Assembly (NCBI GenBank): GCA_047495785.1
Contig: JBLDXI010000004.1
Location: 558,001-622,000, forward strand
Source: Lepidodermella squamata
Taxonomy: Eukaryota; Animalia; Gastrotricha
Direction of reading: 5' to 3'
Length of the DNA: 64,000 nt
In this document: positions 11,403-25,379 of the stretch, one piece after another
How positions within the stretch are numbered: the stretch's first letter is position 1
Layout of the letters: every line of letters starts with the position of its first letter
Position numbers and translations under genes: made by a program
Notes under the pieces: generated by a model
What the model was told of the DNA's origin: nothing
Seen by the model: only the letters and a program-made list of their open reading frames with translations
Databases searched by the model: none

Positions 11403-12733
11403 GCGGGATCAAGATACATCATCGACAGACTTCTAAATTCCTCTTCATAATCTTGTTATTGTTTTCTGCGTCACGAGATGGGCTTCTGAAATAAAGCTGC
11501 CTTGAAGTGAAGTTACAGTGCTAACTCGATAGAACTGGGTGATATAGGGTCATATAGGGAAACAGCTATCGAGGGCATCAAATATTGCAAGTTGCCAGCT
11601 GAATTGAGGTGAAAAACCAGTTAAAATCATGCGACGTAGGACGCCGCACTCAGAGCACGCGTTTCTGTCAGAGCACTCAGAGCACGCCGGTTGACAAAAA
11701 GGCGTCTTCACTTTTGAGCTCAATATTCTAAATATTTTGCAACCTAAAAAAAATAATATGTCGGGGCTCCATTCGAATTTGCTTAATAATTAAAATTTAA
11801 AAATTTAAAATTAAATATTTCAAGTTTCAAAGATCGCAAAAAGTAGAGTTTTGGCGCGGTTTCCGAGATACTAGCCGCTTTTACACTACACCATTCGAAT
11901 TGTAAATGATGGTAAGTAACGCGACCAAATGGAATAGTATGACCTATGCCGCGATTTTGACCCCGCCCGTGTTTCGCATGCTTGTCTACTGTAACCCACA
12001 ACAACCTCTTCGAATAGAGCTGCCTTCTTTCGCAGGTTGCTAAACAGGTCCAAGTGTCTCTGCCTGTTCGACGTCTCATACTCGAAAGCTCCAACCAGAG
12101 TCCTGCGACGGCCGGGCTCGGGCTTGGGGCTTGGGACATCGCTCTTACCGTTAGCGTTGGAGGAATTCTGTTCACCTAACATTAACTAACATTCACAGAT
12201 GGAAATCATTATCTCCATCTCGGCCAGACCGGCGAGTCTTCGACAGACAAAATTGACCCAAATCCATGAAACCGGCTGCCATGCGATCGATTTCAGCAGG
12301 GTTCCGACTAGGTCCAGCTCTGAGGGGGGTAAATCGAGCATTTTGAGCCCAAAATTTGCAAATCAACCAAGAGCCTTACGTTTTTCAAAGTCAACTCGAA
12401 AAAGATGATTTCTCCGCATTGCTGATATGCTACATGAAAATTGCTCCATTACTCAAGACAATAGCGGCTTTCAAACCGAAATGTCCCATTTTGTAATCGA
12501 AATTGCGGTGAACTCATACCGAACACACAAACCGTTCGTTTCTGTCACACTTCTCTTTCCCCTAAAAAGTGTCTTTCCCTTCATTTTCAGGCTTTATTCG
12601 TTTGGCTTCTAAATTATAACATCGGAGAGCATCATTCAAAGATTAGATCATACATCTTACATACACAACCATACCCTTCCATTTCATCATCAGACACGCA
12701 GCTCACACGTGTGGTAATACTCATCAGAAAATT

Positions 12734-14803
12734 TCAAAAGAACCTCTCGCATAAGACGTAGGCGAGCGATAGGTCACAAGCAGCAGATATAAAGTACCAA
12801 GGGCCTCCGATATAGGCGATATTAGCACAGCCATCGAGCACCAACCCAGTCACTTGCGAATCGAACGTGAATTTCGAACCATCGTCCCATTTAAAGACTC
12901 CCCCTTGCGCGGAGAGGCCGATCCAGTAACGGTAAATATGTTGGTTGATAGACGCCGTTGCCAATTGCCTGGCCAGAGCCAGCTCTTCGTTTGACCTGAT
13001 TGTAGCTATCGTAGCGTTGTTAGCGCGGCATGTTGCTACGCCGTCGACTTTACTGACCGCTGAGCCTGACGATTTGAATTTCAAGAATTTCTTGGTCGCA
13101 TTCTTGCAGGCGTTCTCGTCCGCATAAGTGATGTTGGCCGGAATTCGCAGCTGAGTTGCCGCGTTGCAACCTATCGACTGCTTTACGCAATGAACCGCCC
13201 CGTCACTGTTGTCGACACAGCGAACACTGACCTAGAAGTCCAATGGCAATGTTGAACACAAGGGATAATATTTTGTGAGTATTACCAGAGATCGCAAGCA
13301 GTCGGCGTAGTTTCCGGCAAAATCTGATTTCGACTGGAAAATCGTTACCTGAAAGAATGAAAATCATTGATTAAAAGAAGAATAGGACATTTTTACACGG
13401 ATTTTGTTTCGAATGAAACAAACAACATCACACAAAATCCCTCAAGCAAAATGAATTCGAATTTTTCGATGAAGACCAATTTAGGCAAAAGAAATTTGCT
13501 AAACATTCAGACCAGTAAGAGCCAATGATCTAATCCCCGGCTTTTCATGATTCAAGGTTCAAAATCGTAAAATAGAGATCAGCCTACCACTGTCATAGGC
13601 GACGGGCACGAGTTGCGGCAAACCATTCCGCTAGATGTCGAGCATAAGGCAGCGGGCTGCAATATTTCTGGAATTAATTTTCTATAATTATTATTGCACG
13701 AAGAACGAACTCCTGCGGCGCAATGGAAACGGTCGATGTGAGTTCCACTACTGTAAGACTGATGATAGGAATATTAAAAAATGTGCTTTCAATCTTCAAA
13801 AGCTATTTAACCTGAGTCATTGAGGTTGGATTGCAAGGCGTTGATTGGCAGCCGACGAAGGACCGATCGCTTTGGAGGAAGCATCGAATGTGAGGCATGA
13901 AATCAGATTCAATCCGCACAACTGTAAAAGTTGTTATAAACTTTTCAATGAACAACCTCAGCAAAAAGACCCCCTGAATGTTTTCTCACTTTTACCTGCC
14001 CAACTGGGGGGTTCGATACCTGATTCTAAGAACAATAAAAAACTAACTGTTCTCCTGAGCCAAGCAGAGTTGCATCGTGCTATAGCTGCCGACCGGGTTC
14101 TGCTTTGGGATAATAACGGAAACTGAACAATTCCTCGATTCAATATCAATTGAATCCCACCCCGCTATTTGGGCAAGAGCCGTTGATTGGAATGCAAGTC
14201 CGCTGGCCATTTTTGTCACAGGCCGTCGCCTGAATATTCTAAAGTAGGTTAAAATGCCGCGTTTCAATGCCACATCTAAAAAAATTCTCAAAATCAAACC
14301 AAGAATTTTTTGATCGCCGATCGGCACAGATCGTACTGCAATGCGAATGAGTCTCCGAGAAATTCAGCCGTCTATATTAAGGAATTAGATGTGGGAATTA
14401 TACTTGGTAGGTAGTACCACCACAAACCATGACTTCATCATTTTTATCACAGCCAAGATTACGAGGGATGCATCGCATGTTGATTGTTTTGTGGTTGAAA
14501 CAGCTTCGAGCAGCCTGAAATCAAATTTATCATTGTTAACGAGCCAAACAACGATATAACTCACGCCGGATTTGCAGCTCGAAAATGAATTCAACGTGAG
14601 CCCGAGCTTTATTAAATGCCGAAATAGCAAAAATAAAGTCAGTGTTAAAAAAAATCGCTTGCCTGAAATTCATCGAGGAACGAACAACTTGCTTTACAGC
14701 CTGTGAAAGTGTCATTCAAACGGGAGAAACATCGCTTGAATTCTTGTGGATAGGCCGAAGCAGTTATGCTCAATATGAGGAAAACGCGAATAAATTCAGT
14801 CAT
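12734..14803 (-). CDS. Secreted multi-exon protein: signal peptide + 2 Cys-rich modules + C-terminal C-type lectin domain
   Basis: ATG 14803 (MTEFIRVFLILSITASA), ~12 short exons that mostly align exon-for-exon with the gene at 16656. Last exon has CTLD motifs (C..NNATIATI, YWIGL, FKWDDGS, C.....YVLCE). One internal junction (~14160-14120) is not cleanly phased. Confidence 0.82.
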
Positions 14804-15099
14804 AATTCGAAATCGGATTTTAAGATTGGTGAAAAATGGGCGAGTAAAATAAATGAATGAAATGAAATAACGTACCGGTTTGAGTTTGAGCACACGTTGT
14901 TTGTGTCATTTCCAGGAAAACAACCGGCGATTGACACGCGCTCTTTTCAAATATATTGTAAACAGCGTATTATACTCAACCTCGATAACTCGATGAATCA
15001 ATTTGAGTTTTTATAAATCGCAAGCTTTTATGAGCACCAATTCCTCAAGTGTTTGCCGATGAAGCAAACAATCTGTTGCCTTCGCCACTGCCGCCGAGG

Positions 15100-15252
15100 C
15101 AGTGCGCGAAGTACGGGGGGGAATGAGGGGTATCGTACCCCCAGTTCACAAGGCCAAAGCGGAAAATCCCCCAAACAACCACAGGGGGGACCCTTTGGTT
15201 ATAACATTGGGGCTCGAAAATACCCCCTACGAGGATCCTACTTCGCGCACTG
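15100..15252. mobile_element. hAT MITE (153 bp)
   Basis: TIR CAGTGCGCGAAGTA; 8-bp TSD CGCCGAGG at 15092-15099 and 15253-15260. Confidence 0.92.
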
Positions 15253-15491
15253 CGCCGAGGACCAACTTCGGCGTCTTGAAGTTCTACATTCTACAAAACA
15301 ATCATCTCCGGGCGATTCTCCGCGTCCGCATGGATGACCGTGCCCGGGTCTATACCTTTGAGCCTCGCAGTAGTCTACCCACACATCGAAGTTAGCCTGA
15401 TGAACATGACTCGGGGGACGGCAAGGGAAGGCCGAGCTAGATTGAAGGCATGACAATGAAATAAATGGTGACAATGAAATAAACTAGCAAC

Positions 15492-15620
15492 CTGAAATTC
15501 ATCCAAGAATGAGCAGTTCATTTTACACCCTGTGAAGGCATATTCAAGCGTGAAAAGCAACGCTTGTATCCGGCTTTAAAAACGATTGAAGCAATTACAA
15601 TTCGGAGAATAAAGGTCACA
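15492..15620 (-). pseudogene. Truncated, frameshifted third paralog of the Cys-rich gene family (exon 1 only)
   Basis: YKRCFSRL / AFTGCKMNCSFLDEFQ| matches exon 1 of both neighbours; there is a frameshift and no following exons. Confidence 0.7.
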
Positions 15621-16655
15621 TCTTTAAATCTCGAATTTTCAAAATTATGAAAATATGGCTAAAATTAATGTCGAAGAAATAGGCCGATAAATTGTCAACT
15701 AAGCGAATAATAATTGTTCATCTCATTATTTCAGGAATTTCAGCATCACGCGTTCGCATCGGGAGAAATTTTTGATCTCGTTCTCCTTTTCTGCTAACAA
15801 AGACAAAAAATTGATTGTCCAACGCTCCAGTCAATAAAGCAAATATTCCATAATTGACCAATCTTGAACATTTATTGTCCTAGTTGTACTATTGCGCAAC
15901 TCTTCTAGCAAAACGGACGGCGTCAAATTCCGAAGTCACGCAAACAATTAAATTATTGTCGCATGACTAATTTTCATTCCAATTTCCAATTTATCATAAT
16001 TTTAAAACTTTTGTGTTCACCTCTATTTAATGAATTTAAGTTCCAAGATTATGTCTGCTTTTATTTAAAGAATGCCCCCTGTTGTTACGAACCCCATTGT
16101 GTTAGACTAAGTTTCTTTCAAATTCAATCCTGTGGCAAATGATAGCCACATTGCAATTATCGGCGATGAGGTCGCGTTGCTCCTTAGTTTCCAATAGCGA
16201 ATAAAACGGCTGTATAGCAATTGCTCAGCACAGGTGATCGCTGAATATGTGGATGCACCTACAAAAAATTGAAATCTCAATTTTACTTCTATAACAACGC
16301 CAACCAACTCCTATTCTGAGTTCAAGAATAAGGAAAATCGGCATCAGGGTCCACCCTTCCCCCTTTGGACTTTGACTAAGTTCACTGTAAGGACCGATGG
16401 AACTACCAAGGGTGAGCGATACTTCGCTCTCTGAAGTGCTGTGGCATCATTTTTTTGCCTGTCAACAAAAATGGCATGGAATTTTTTTTTATTTTTTAAG
16501 ATAGTGTAGGCCTGCAGGTTCAAAATACATTCCCCATTCCCAAAATCCCATGTTTAGTTCCTTGAATCTGACTTTTTTGCATTGTTCCATGGCAAACGAT
16601 CTTTGATTTCTTATGCGTTAGATTTTCAATCAATTTAATATAAAATCTTAATATT

Positions 16656-19564
16656 ATGGCGGCTGCTATCCTGCGCATGGCCTTATTTCTCGGATTGATC
16701 GAAGTTGCGTTTTCAGTCGACTACAAACGCTGCTTCTACAGGCTCAATGATTCATTTGCCGGCTGTAAAACCACCTGTTCCTTTCTCGACGAAGTTCAGG
16801 TATAAAAATTACATCACGTCAACGATTTTCTCATAAATGCCGATTTGAAAATTTCAGCTGGGACTCGCTTTACCGTCGTCGTCAAGTTGCTTAAGTGGGG
16901 TAAGCTTTTGTCGTAGCGAATTCGAATTCGAGGCTATTGTTCATCTACTTATGCCGATTTTAGGCAGCTCGAAGCTGTTTCAACTACAAAACAATCAACA
17001 TGCGTTGTATCCCACGTAACTTGGGCTGTTCATCGACTGATGAAGTTATGGTTAGCACGAGATTCACGCCAATACGATCTTAGCTATTTGTGTCATTTTA
17101 CGACAGACTGCCGAATTCCTTGGAAACAACTTTGAAGTCCAGTATAGGACGTGCAGGTCTGCAATTAAAGAATTTCAGGTCAGTTACACAGAGAGATATT
17201 TTCCAACATAACAATGCTAATTTATCAATCTCACAGAATACTCAAGCCACGCTTTGCGACAAAAATGGCCAACGAACTTGCATTCCAAACAATGGCTCAT
17301 GTCCGAATGGCGGAGTAATTAGTTTTTTCCCCCTTTATTCCTTTTTAAAATATCACACTTTGTGATTATTCCCTCGAAGAATTTCGTAGGCTACTGGTCA
17401 ACAACGTACTCGTGCATGTTGCAAGAGAATCGTGAGTTTTTTGGGATCAAGTCATGGCTGATGATTTCATTCACGTCATAGTTGAGCGAAATGACGCCGA
17501 TTTCCTGCCTCATTATCGATGCTTTCTCCAGAGCGATCGGTCTTTTCTCGGCTGCCAATCATTCCCTTGCAATTCTACTACTATGACTCAGGTACCTTGT
17601 TGGGGAAATGACAATGGTACCAATGTTCATAGTTCATTTTCAGTCTTTCAGTGGAGGCACCTACATCGACAAAGCTCATTGCATTAACGGGGTTGGTTTG
17701 AAATGTTGTTAGGCTTTTTTAATTTTTTTTCGAAAAATCACAGCCGGCAGGCCTTTGCTCCTCGTCGAATGGCAATGTTTGTCGCAGCTCCTGCCCTGCT
17801 CCCATGGCAGAAGTAGGTTCCTTCCGTTGAAATTTCTCACCATTTTCAAGTCGATTGCGAACCATTAAGGTGTCGATTTTCAGTTCGAAAGCAGACTTTG
17901 CTAGCAACTACGCCGAATGCCTCGTAACCCAGGTTTGAAACTATTGACATCGATCTACTAACCTAACAAGCCTGTATAACTCGTTAGAAACCTCACACAC
18001 GAATGCGTTGATCAAACCACCTACACCTTTTTCAAATGCATCCTCGCTTCTAACACTTCATCGTGTCCGGCCGGCAGCGTCCCAGGTGGAACCCTCAACA
18101 GCCTTAACGAATGCAACTCGGGTAAAAATAAATCGAAATTCGTTGTGTGTTGACGAGACGTGTGCGTTTCCAGCTTCGCCAGCAATGTATCCTCATCGCC
18201 GCTGCTTCGAATCGACAGGGCTGGCGTTTCTAGGATGTCAACGAGCATCCCAGCCGTGCAATGATGTAAGATTTTTCATCCGAGCTACGACTTTGATTTG
18301 GCCTAAGTCATAACTGATAACCCAGATTGCTTCATCCCTTTTTTATTTACAGACGCTGAATTCCACCGTGTTTGAAACAAAGGCGGTTTGTGAAGCAGGA
18401 GTAAGATCTCTTACTAATTGTTCTTGAATCTCGAAAGTTGCTTTTTTTCTTTCTAATTTCGCAGTCAGCAGCGCTTTGCTCCTCGTCCAATGGCAATGCA
18501 TGCCGCAATGCCTGTCCGGCGCCCTTCAGAGAGGTAGTAGAATTGTTGATCATGAACCCTTCGTAAGCTGATCGCGAACCTTTCAGGTGTCGATGTTCAG
18601 TTCGAAAGCAGACTTTGCTAGCAACTACGCCGAATGCCTCACGAAACAGGTTTGAATTAAGTGTCAACGATATATTTGCATAACAAGCCTGTAAACTCGT
18701 TAGAAACCTCACACACTATGCGTTGATCAAACATCCTTCGCGTATTTGAAGTGCTTGCTCGTCGCCAATGGTTCATCGTGCCCTAGCGGAAGTATTACAG
18801 GACCAACTTTCAATACCTTGGCCGATTGCTATTCAGGTTGGATTCGATGGTCTACCTCCCCCTAATCATTTGGTTCTCCTATCTTCCTAAAGCTCCACCT
18901 GCCATGTACCCCAATAAACGCTGTTTCGAGCCATCGAGGGGGGCTTTCTCAGGCTGTATTGCAGCAAGTTCGTCGTGCCCTGTTGGCGAGGTAGATTGCC
19001 TTGTTTGAGAACTACTCGAAAATGTGTTGAATTTCTTCAATAGTATCCGGCTCATCTGTTTACGTCACCAAGGCCGCCTGCGAAATTGGCGTGAGTTCGA
19101 AATTTAATATCGAATTTTTTTATAAGCTGCGATCGAATTTCCTTAGAACATTCAACTGTGTTACGATTCGACTACCGGCGGAAGTTGTCGCAAATCTTGC
19201 CAGCCTGGAAACGGGAAATATGATGTGAGCCTCTATGCTAACTTCTTTGCTTCTTCAAGGCCTAATTTTATTTTTCTAGTTTGGGCCAATTGGGAATGCG
19301 AACGGTTCATTCATCCAAAATATCGCGACATGTCAAAGCCTGGTCCAGGTTCGAAATAATCAGGAAAGTTAAGGAATTACAAATTTAAAACAATTTTTTT
19401 CAGGGCCAGCATAAAAAATGCCTTAACAATGGTACAAATACCTATGCTATTTGCCTTCCAGACGAAATCTTGCCCCCTCAATACTGTGAGTCAATTTTCG
19501 ACGTTTTTGGGTGATTGATGTTTCTGAGTCTTTTTCAGGTACAGATGAGTGGCAATGCAATTAG
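16656..19564 (+). CDS. Secreted multi-exon protein with ~4 tandem Cys-rich modules
   Basis: ATG 16656 (MAAAILRMALFLGLIEVAFS), >20 mini-exons with GT-AG sites. The module motif RCF.....F.GC...C occurs four times (~16728, ~17518, ~18198, ~18918); stop TAG 19562-19564. Confidence 0.8.
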
Positions 19565-21712
19565 TTCCAACTTTAGCATGTGCCAAGCGGAGTTAGTTCT
19601 TTTCACTAGGCTCAAATTCTGACGAAAAATCAAATATTTTCATAATCTCTATGGAAACAGCTTGTTTACCCGCAGTACTTTCCCTCAATTTTCCTGGCGT
19701 CCGTCTGTCGGCGAAAATCCGAAAATGTAATCCCGCGTTGTCTACAAATTATAATTAAATTATCAAAATTGTGTGTGAAATCATTTTTTTTTCCTAATTT
19801 GAAAGTTAATTGAAGCGGGCATAAAGACATAATGAAAAGAACACGAAACGTCAGTGCATCGATTAACAAAAACACCGGCGCGGCGGTAAAAATAGAGCTA
19901 TTGTATATGCTGTACAAAAACACTCATTTCCCGATATTCACACTTTTGAAACCGAGGTACGTTACTCTGAAGCAAATTTAGGTCGATATCTAATGTTTCT
20001 CTTATTATAATAATAATAATGGTTTTATTTAGTCCTCCTCTCGATTAAGCATCTATACCGTAAAAACGGTTTTGAGGAGGGCGAAGGTAGGCGAAAGATG
20101 GAAATCACCCACCCCCACAGTTGAAGATTCTACTTTTTCCACAAAATTCATAATCATTCATTGAGTCAACAATGTTGCGCCATTCAATTTTATCAAAAGA
20201 TAGTAATTCAGTCAATTGCAGATCAGGAATAATTTTAATTTCGAATTTATTTTCTTTTTTGCAGGATTTTTTTTCTTGATATTGGATGTTTCTCTTGTTA
20301 CTCTTATTCCGAGTGAAGCCTCAAGCCCAGGTAATTCCAGCTCTCAACGGCTGCGCAACTATTTGGCCTATAAGCGACGAGTGTTTCGCAGGTATCCACA
20401 AACTTGCATGATGTTTCATTACGCAATGACAACATCTATGGTTAGACATTGGACGGTGTCAAACATGATCAAATTTGTCGGTACGCCAACCAACAGCCCA
20501 AAACTGCCGAACTGCCGATAAATGCCGAAAAACTCAACATTAGTTACCGTACCGTAAAATGGTACAATTTTATGCAGGTACAAATTTGAACAATTCACGC
20601 ACAACGCTTTATCTCAAGAACCATAAGAATTTCAGACCTGGGAATTTTTCTAAAAATACTCAGCACTGATTACTACCACCAAATGTTTTGTTGAGACTGC
20701 AACCATCATGGTTGATTTTATACAAACTCCGGAAAAACCAGCGAAAATTGCCAATTTTGAGACGTCGCCCCGCTTTTACTACAGCAGCTACGTGTGTAAA
20801 AGCGACAAGGTTGAAGATCTCGACTAGAAGATGAAATTCCCAAACGCTCGCGAGCTTCTATATAGCGGTTATTGCGTGGCATGCGAGCAAAGTAGGCAGG
20901 GTAGGCGGTACATTTTTGGACACGTTTTGGTACAATTTTGGACAGTGGTACAATTTTGGACACCCATTTAGGAGGGCTTTTTCACGTTTTTGATAGAAAA
21001 TCTAACCTTGTGATTGTCTTAAACTTCAATCACCCACACTTTTCGCTGTCAAATTAGTTGCGGCAACTGATGATATCTGATAACACAAGATATTTATTTC
21101 TCAAAGAAGCACTTTTAGCGATAGGTTTTCATACACATGGCGGAGAATTTATTGTTGAAACTCGAAAATAATAGGAATGGTAAAACACCAAATAGCTGGT
21201 TATGAGGCACAGCAAGAACTTTGGCTTAATCTTAATCTTAATCACGTGGCCAACGGAACCGCTGTGCCGCTGGAGGACTCGGTTGTTGAACGTTCCCAAT
21301 GAGATGCCCCATTTTTCGACCCTTTCTGTGTAAACTTCGCGTAAAGGACGTGCAACCGTTTTGACCAAGGTAATCGCATCGATCATCTCTTCATCAGTGT
21401 ATTGCTAAACTTTTTCTTCTGTTTCCGAACCATGACAGAGATAGCGTATTTGAACAATTTCGGAATGAAATAAATCCGCAACGAACGAAATGCATTTTTC
21501 GATTCAAAAATAGTTACGCCAATATTAAGGTGGATATTTTATTATCAATTTTATTGCTAATTGCTTACTGTCCAAAATTGTACCTTACTGTACAAAATTG
21601 TACTTTTGGGGTACCCCTTCCAAACAGCTAACGCTTGCGAATAAAAAATAATAAAAATACGGGGATGATCATTGGCACGGCCTCGATCGAAATACGTCAG
21701 AAACCGACTTAA

Positions 21713-24700
21713 CCCGGACTCAAAAATTTTGATCATGCAGGCTCTGTAAATCTGAATAAAATTGTGTATTTGCCTGATTTTCGCTGTAAATTGTTGTGAT
21801 GTCGATTTATTCCAGCTCAGGATCCGGCTGTAAGCTGATTTTTCGCCTCTGTAATTCGAAATAAGGCTGGATACAGCGGTTTACAACCGTGGAAATGCTG
21901 CTTTTTGCTGATGTAATTGGCAATAAGGCGTGTTATCCTGCTTTACAGACTGCCAAAAGCTGAACTCGGGGTCTGTAAAATGCAATGAGGCAATTTATCC
22001 GGCTTTACACACCTAGACAAGCTGAGTTTTCGGACTGTAAAATGCTATAAGCACTTAACTCGGCTTTACAGACTGCCAAAAGCTGACACAAAGGGACTGT
22101 AAAATGCTGTTAGACGAATGACACGGCTTTGCAGACCTCGGCCGGCGGATAGTTTGGACAATAAAATGCTATAAGACACGATACCTGGCTTTACAGACCG
22201 AGGCAAACTGTAATCAGGGTCTGTAAACTTCTGTAAGTCAAGTTACCCGGTTTTACAGATGTCGGTAGGCGGATTTTGCGGACTGTAAGATGCCACAGGG
22301 CAAGGTGCACGGCTTTACAGACCTGGGCAATCTGAGTTCCCAGACTATAAAATGTTATAGGGCTTTACACGGCATTACAGATCTTGACGAAGCTAAATTT
22401 CCTGACTCTGTAAGCGGAGGGAACTTCGAAAATGACCTACTATGTGAACCTCGGCGACGTGAAATTACACACTGTAAACGGCTGTAAACAGAATTTATCG
22501 TATTTTTAAACAAATTTAACCCGGTAACCGGTAACCGTCGATTATTCGCGAATAATCACACACTATTTTGATGTGAGGCATTGAACTTAGGTGGCGAAGT
22601 GAACAAAGCAACCTTCGTGTAGTTTATTTAATTTATTTAGGGTTTAGGGAGCATAAATTGGTGTAAATTCTTGAAAATTCGTGTGGCCAATTTTCGATAA
22701 AAGTGAGACAAATCGAGGTGGCACATTAAATCACATAAATTTATGAAAAACAGAAATTTCATCGAAGAAACGTGACATCTGCCGCGTAATACTTTCTCTT
22801 AAGACACGTATTTTTGTCTTCAAAATTACGGCGATCTTAATTAAGCGTTAATTTCTTTAAAACTATAGGAGATTTTTGAGATTTTTTTCATTATATTGAG
22901 ATTACAGAGATTATATTGAGAGATCTTTTTGTGGCATTTTCGGAATTTACTGGAATTTTTACATCAAGATTAATTCTTCGCTGATCGAAATTCTCAATTT
23001 CAGATGATCTTGCTATTAGCCATTAAAATTATATCGCCATATTCAAGGATCAGTTGTAAATTTCTTTATTTAAAAGTTTATTTAAAATGAATTTTGAATT
23101 TTCCTAATTAAATAGTAATCAAGTGTTCACGATTTTAATTCAGCGAAAATGTAGAAGTTTATATTTTAATACCATTTTCATTTAAAGCTCATCGCAATGC
23201 ATTTAAGAGATACAACTAAATTTTCAGGGACTTGGCAACAATTTTGATTCGCCAATTTTTGTAGATGAGCATTTTCCAAATATGAAATCTGAAGTTCCAG
23301 GTGAATTGAAAATAATTTTCAATTGACCTGTTTTCAGATATTATTTACCGTTTTTCAATTTTTAAATCGAACCGGTGACCCGAATAATAAATGACATAGG
23401 CAGCGGCAAGAATTTTAGCTGCGAATAGCGATAGCCAAATTTCTCAGTTAAATATGAGCGATTCGAGTGTTTCCAATCACCACGCCGCGAATTACGCAAC
23501 AGCTGCTCGCACGCCACGTTTTGCACACGTGAATAAAAATGCATAACACACAAAAGCTATACCACCTATGCATTTTGACCTATAAAACTCAGTTCATCAG
23601 CTCAATTGCCTATGCAGATTTCTTGGCTATTTTCTAGAGCGAATATTCAAGTTATTTTGAGCGAAATTCTGGACGATGTGAACTGTTACTCTATACCTGG
23701 TGTCAGTTTAAAATTTCTCGAAATTACTGTTTATTATTTACATGCATTTCATAGAAATCGGCGATGTCGAGGGATGAAAACGATGACGTCAAGGTGATAC
23801 GCATCGTCTTTCCCGCATACCACATCGTGAAACAAGATAAGTTTTCACACTCCTATTTTAATTCTGCAATTCGATCTGAATTGGCTTGATTTTCCCCGGA
23901 ATTGTTGACATTTTTAACATTCCTTAATTTAATTCTTCAATGTGAATAATTTAAGTTTTGATTTTTTGCCAAATTCCTGGTTTTTGTTCATTTCCCCCCA
24001 AATTTTTCAACACATTGCCGTTCCGTATCAATTTCGCAATAAACTTTCTGATTTTTTTGTAATCAGGACACGTTCTTCAGCCTGTTTTAATTTCTAATTA
24101 AAGCCTCTTTTAATTTTTGCCGAATTTTGTAAGCAATTAATTGAAAAAATCGAATTTTTATTTGCTATTTCAAAATCATAGATAACTCTGAAATATCTTA
24201 ATGAATGAATTTTTACTGATTTTGCGACAGTTCGAGGCTGGAAAAATCACAGACTGCCCAGACATTTCACTAACATTGAGAATTCGAAAACTTTGAGGTT
24301 CAAAATTGTTTAAAATTTCATTGTAATTATTTCCTGAAATTCTATTATTTGTGGATTTATCCATTTTAGGAGTTGGCTTGCATCTCGGGTTCGACAGCGG
24401 ATCAATCTTATCGTGGCTAGTTTTGTTCACAGGTATAGCAATACATTTCATTTTGATTTCAAGTTCTGCTTAGTTTTCCCCTATTATTTCAGGCTGGATA
24501 GACAGCGCACTAATGGCTCGGTGACTCGATGCGTGTCGCAAATCACCGCATGGCAGAAACTTCGTGATAACGAGAGACCTTGTTTTGCTGTTCGTTCAGC
24601 GGCGACTTGAATTTTCTTATCATAAACGACTTTTTTACGGTTGAGATCCTCATGAGTTTTGCTTATTTTCACGGAAAACTTTGTCTCAACTTGTGATGCA

Positions 24701-25379
24701 CGTTTGTGATGCACGTTTTTTGGCGAGAAATATATGGCTGATTTTGCTTGAAAAATATCACTTCGCGGCATTGGTTTGACATTAGTTGCCCTGCGGATCT
24801 GAGCTTTTTAGCGTCGGAAATATGACCCGATATAATCAAAGATTTATATTATTCGTCTGAAAAATGTGCTAAAGTCGCTGATTGCCAGTAATCTTTTCTC
24901 CGAATTTTTCAAAATATCTCTTGTTATTGTTAAAATGGTTGTGAAAATGGTGTGATTTTGCTTGTAAAAATGAAGCTGATATTTTATAACTTGCAGCGAT
25001 TTGCAGACGCTGGTCGAGGCACTGTAAATTCCTGTACCAGCCCTGAGAGTGAAGACTTCACATTTTCGGCATTGTTTGCTCTTTAGTAGTTTACTAAGCT
25101 TTCGAATTTCAAAGGCTGTGTAAACTGCTGTAGGGCAAAAATTGCATAACTTGTGAAGTTTTCACTTTCTGGGCTTTTACAGGAATTTACAGCGCCCTGG
25201 CGAGTGTCTGTAAATCAGTGCCAAGGTGATATTGAATTCCCAGTGTAATTGAGTGGAAGGTACCAATAAAAGTGCGTTTGTAAAAGGGTGTAAGTCAACA
25301 TAAGATTTCCAGTGAAATACAGCAGTATACATTGACAGCAATTTACAGCGATTTACAGCGATGAATTTTTGAGTCCGGG
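21713..25379. mobile_element. Non-autonomous CMC/EnSpm-type element nested in the pogo relic
   Basis: 16-bp TIR CCCGGACTCAAAAATT, 2-bp TSD AA, CTGTAA/TTTACAG subterminal motifs at both ends. Confidence 0.85.
21849..22413. repeat. Diverged tandem array, ~9 units of 62 bp
   Basis: CTGTAA-like anchors at 21849, 21911, 21973, 22035, 22097, 22159, 22221, 22283, 22345 (then 22408), with GGCTTTACAG ~28 bp after each. Confidence 0.9.

Noticed and set aside
11783-12408. Overlapping ORFs as a gene
   Set aside because: GC-rich and exon-like, but no consistent spliced model or motif.
21849-22413. CRISPR array
   Set aside because: Eukaryotic context, no cas genes, conserved blocks are short and degenerate, and the array lies inside transposon TIRs.
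22600-24700. Gene inside the non-autonomous CMC element
   Set aside because: Scattered splice-like signals, but frames contain stops and no domain was recognised.
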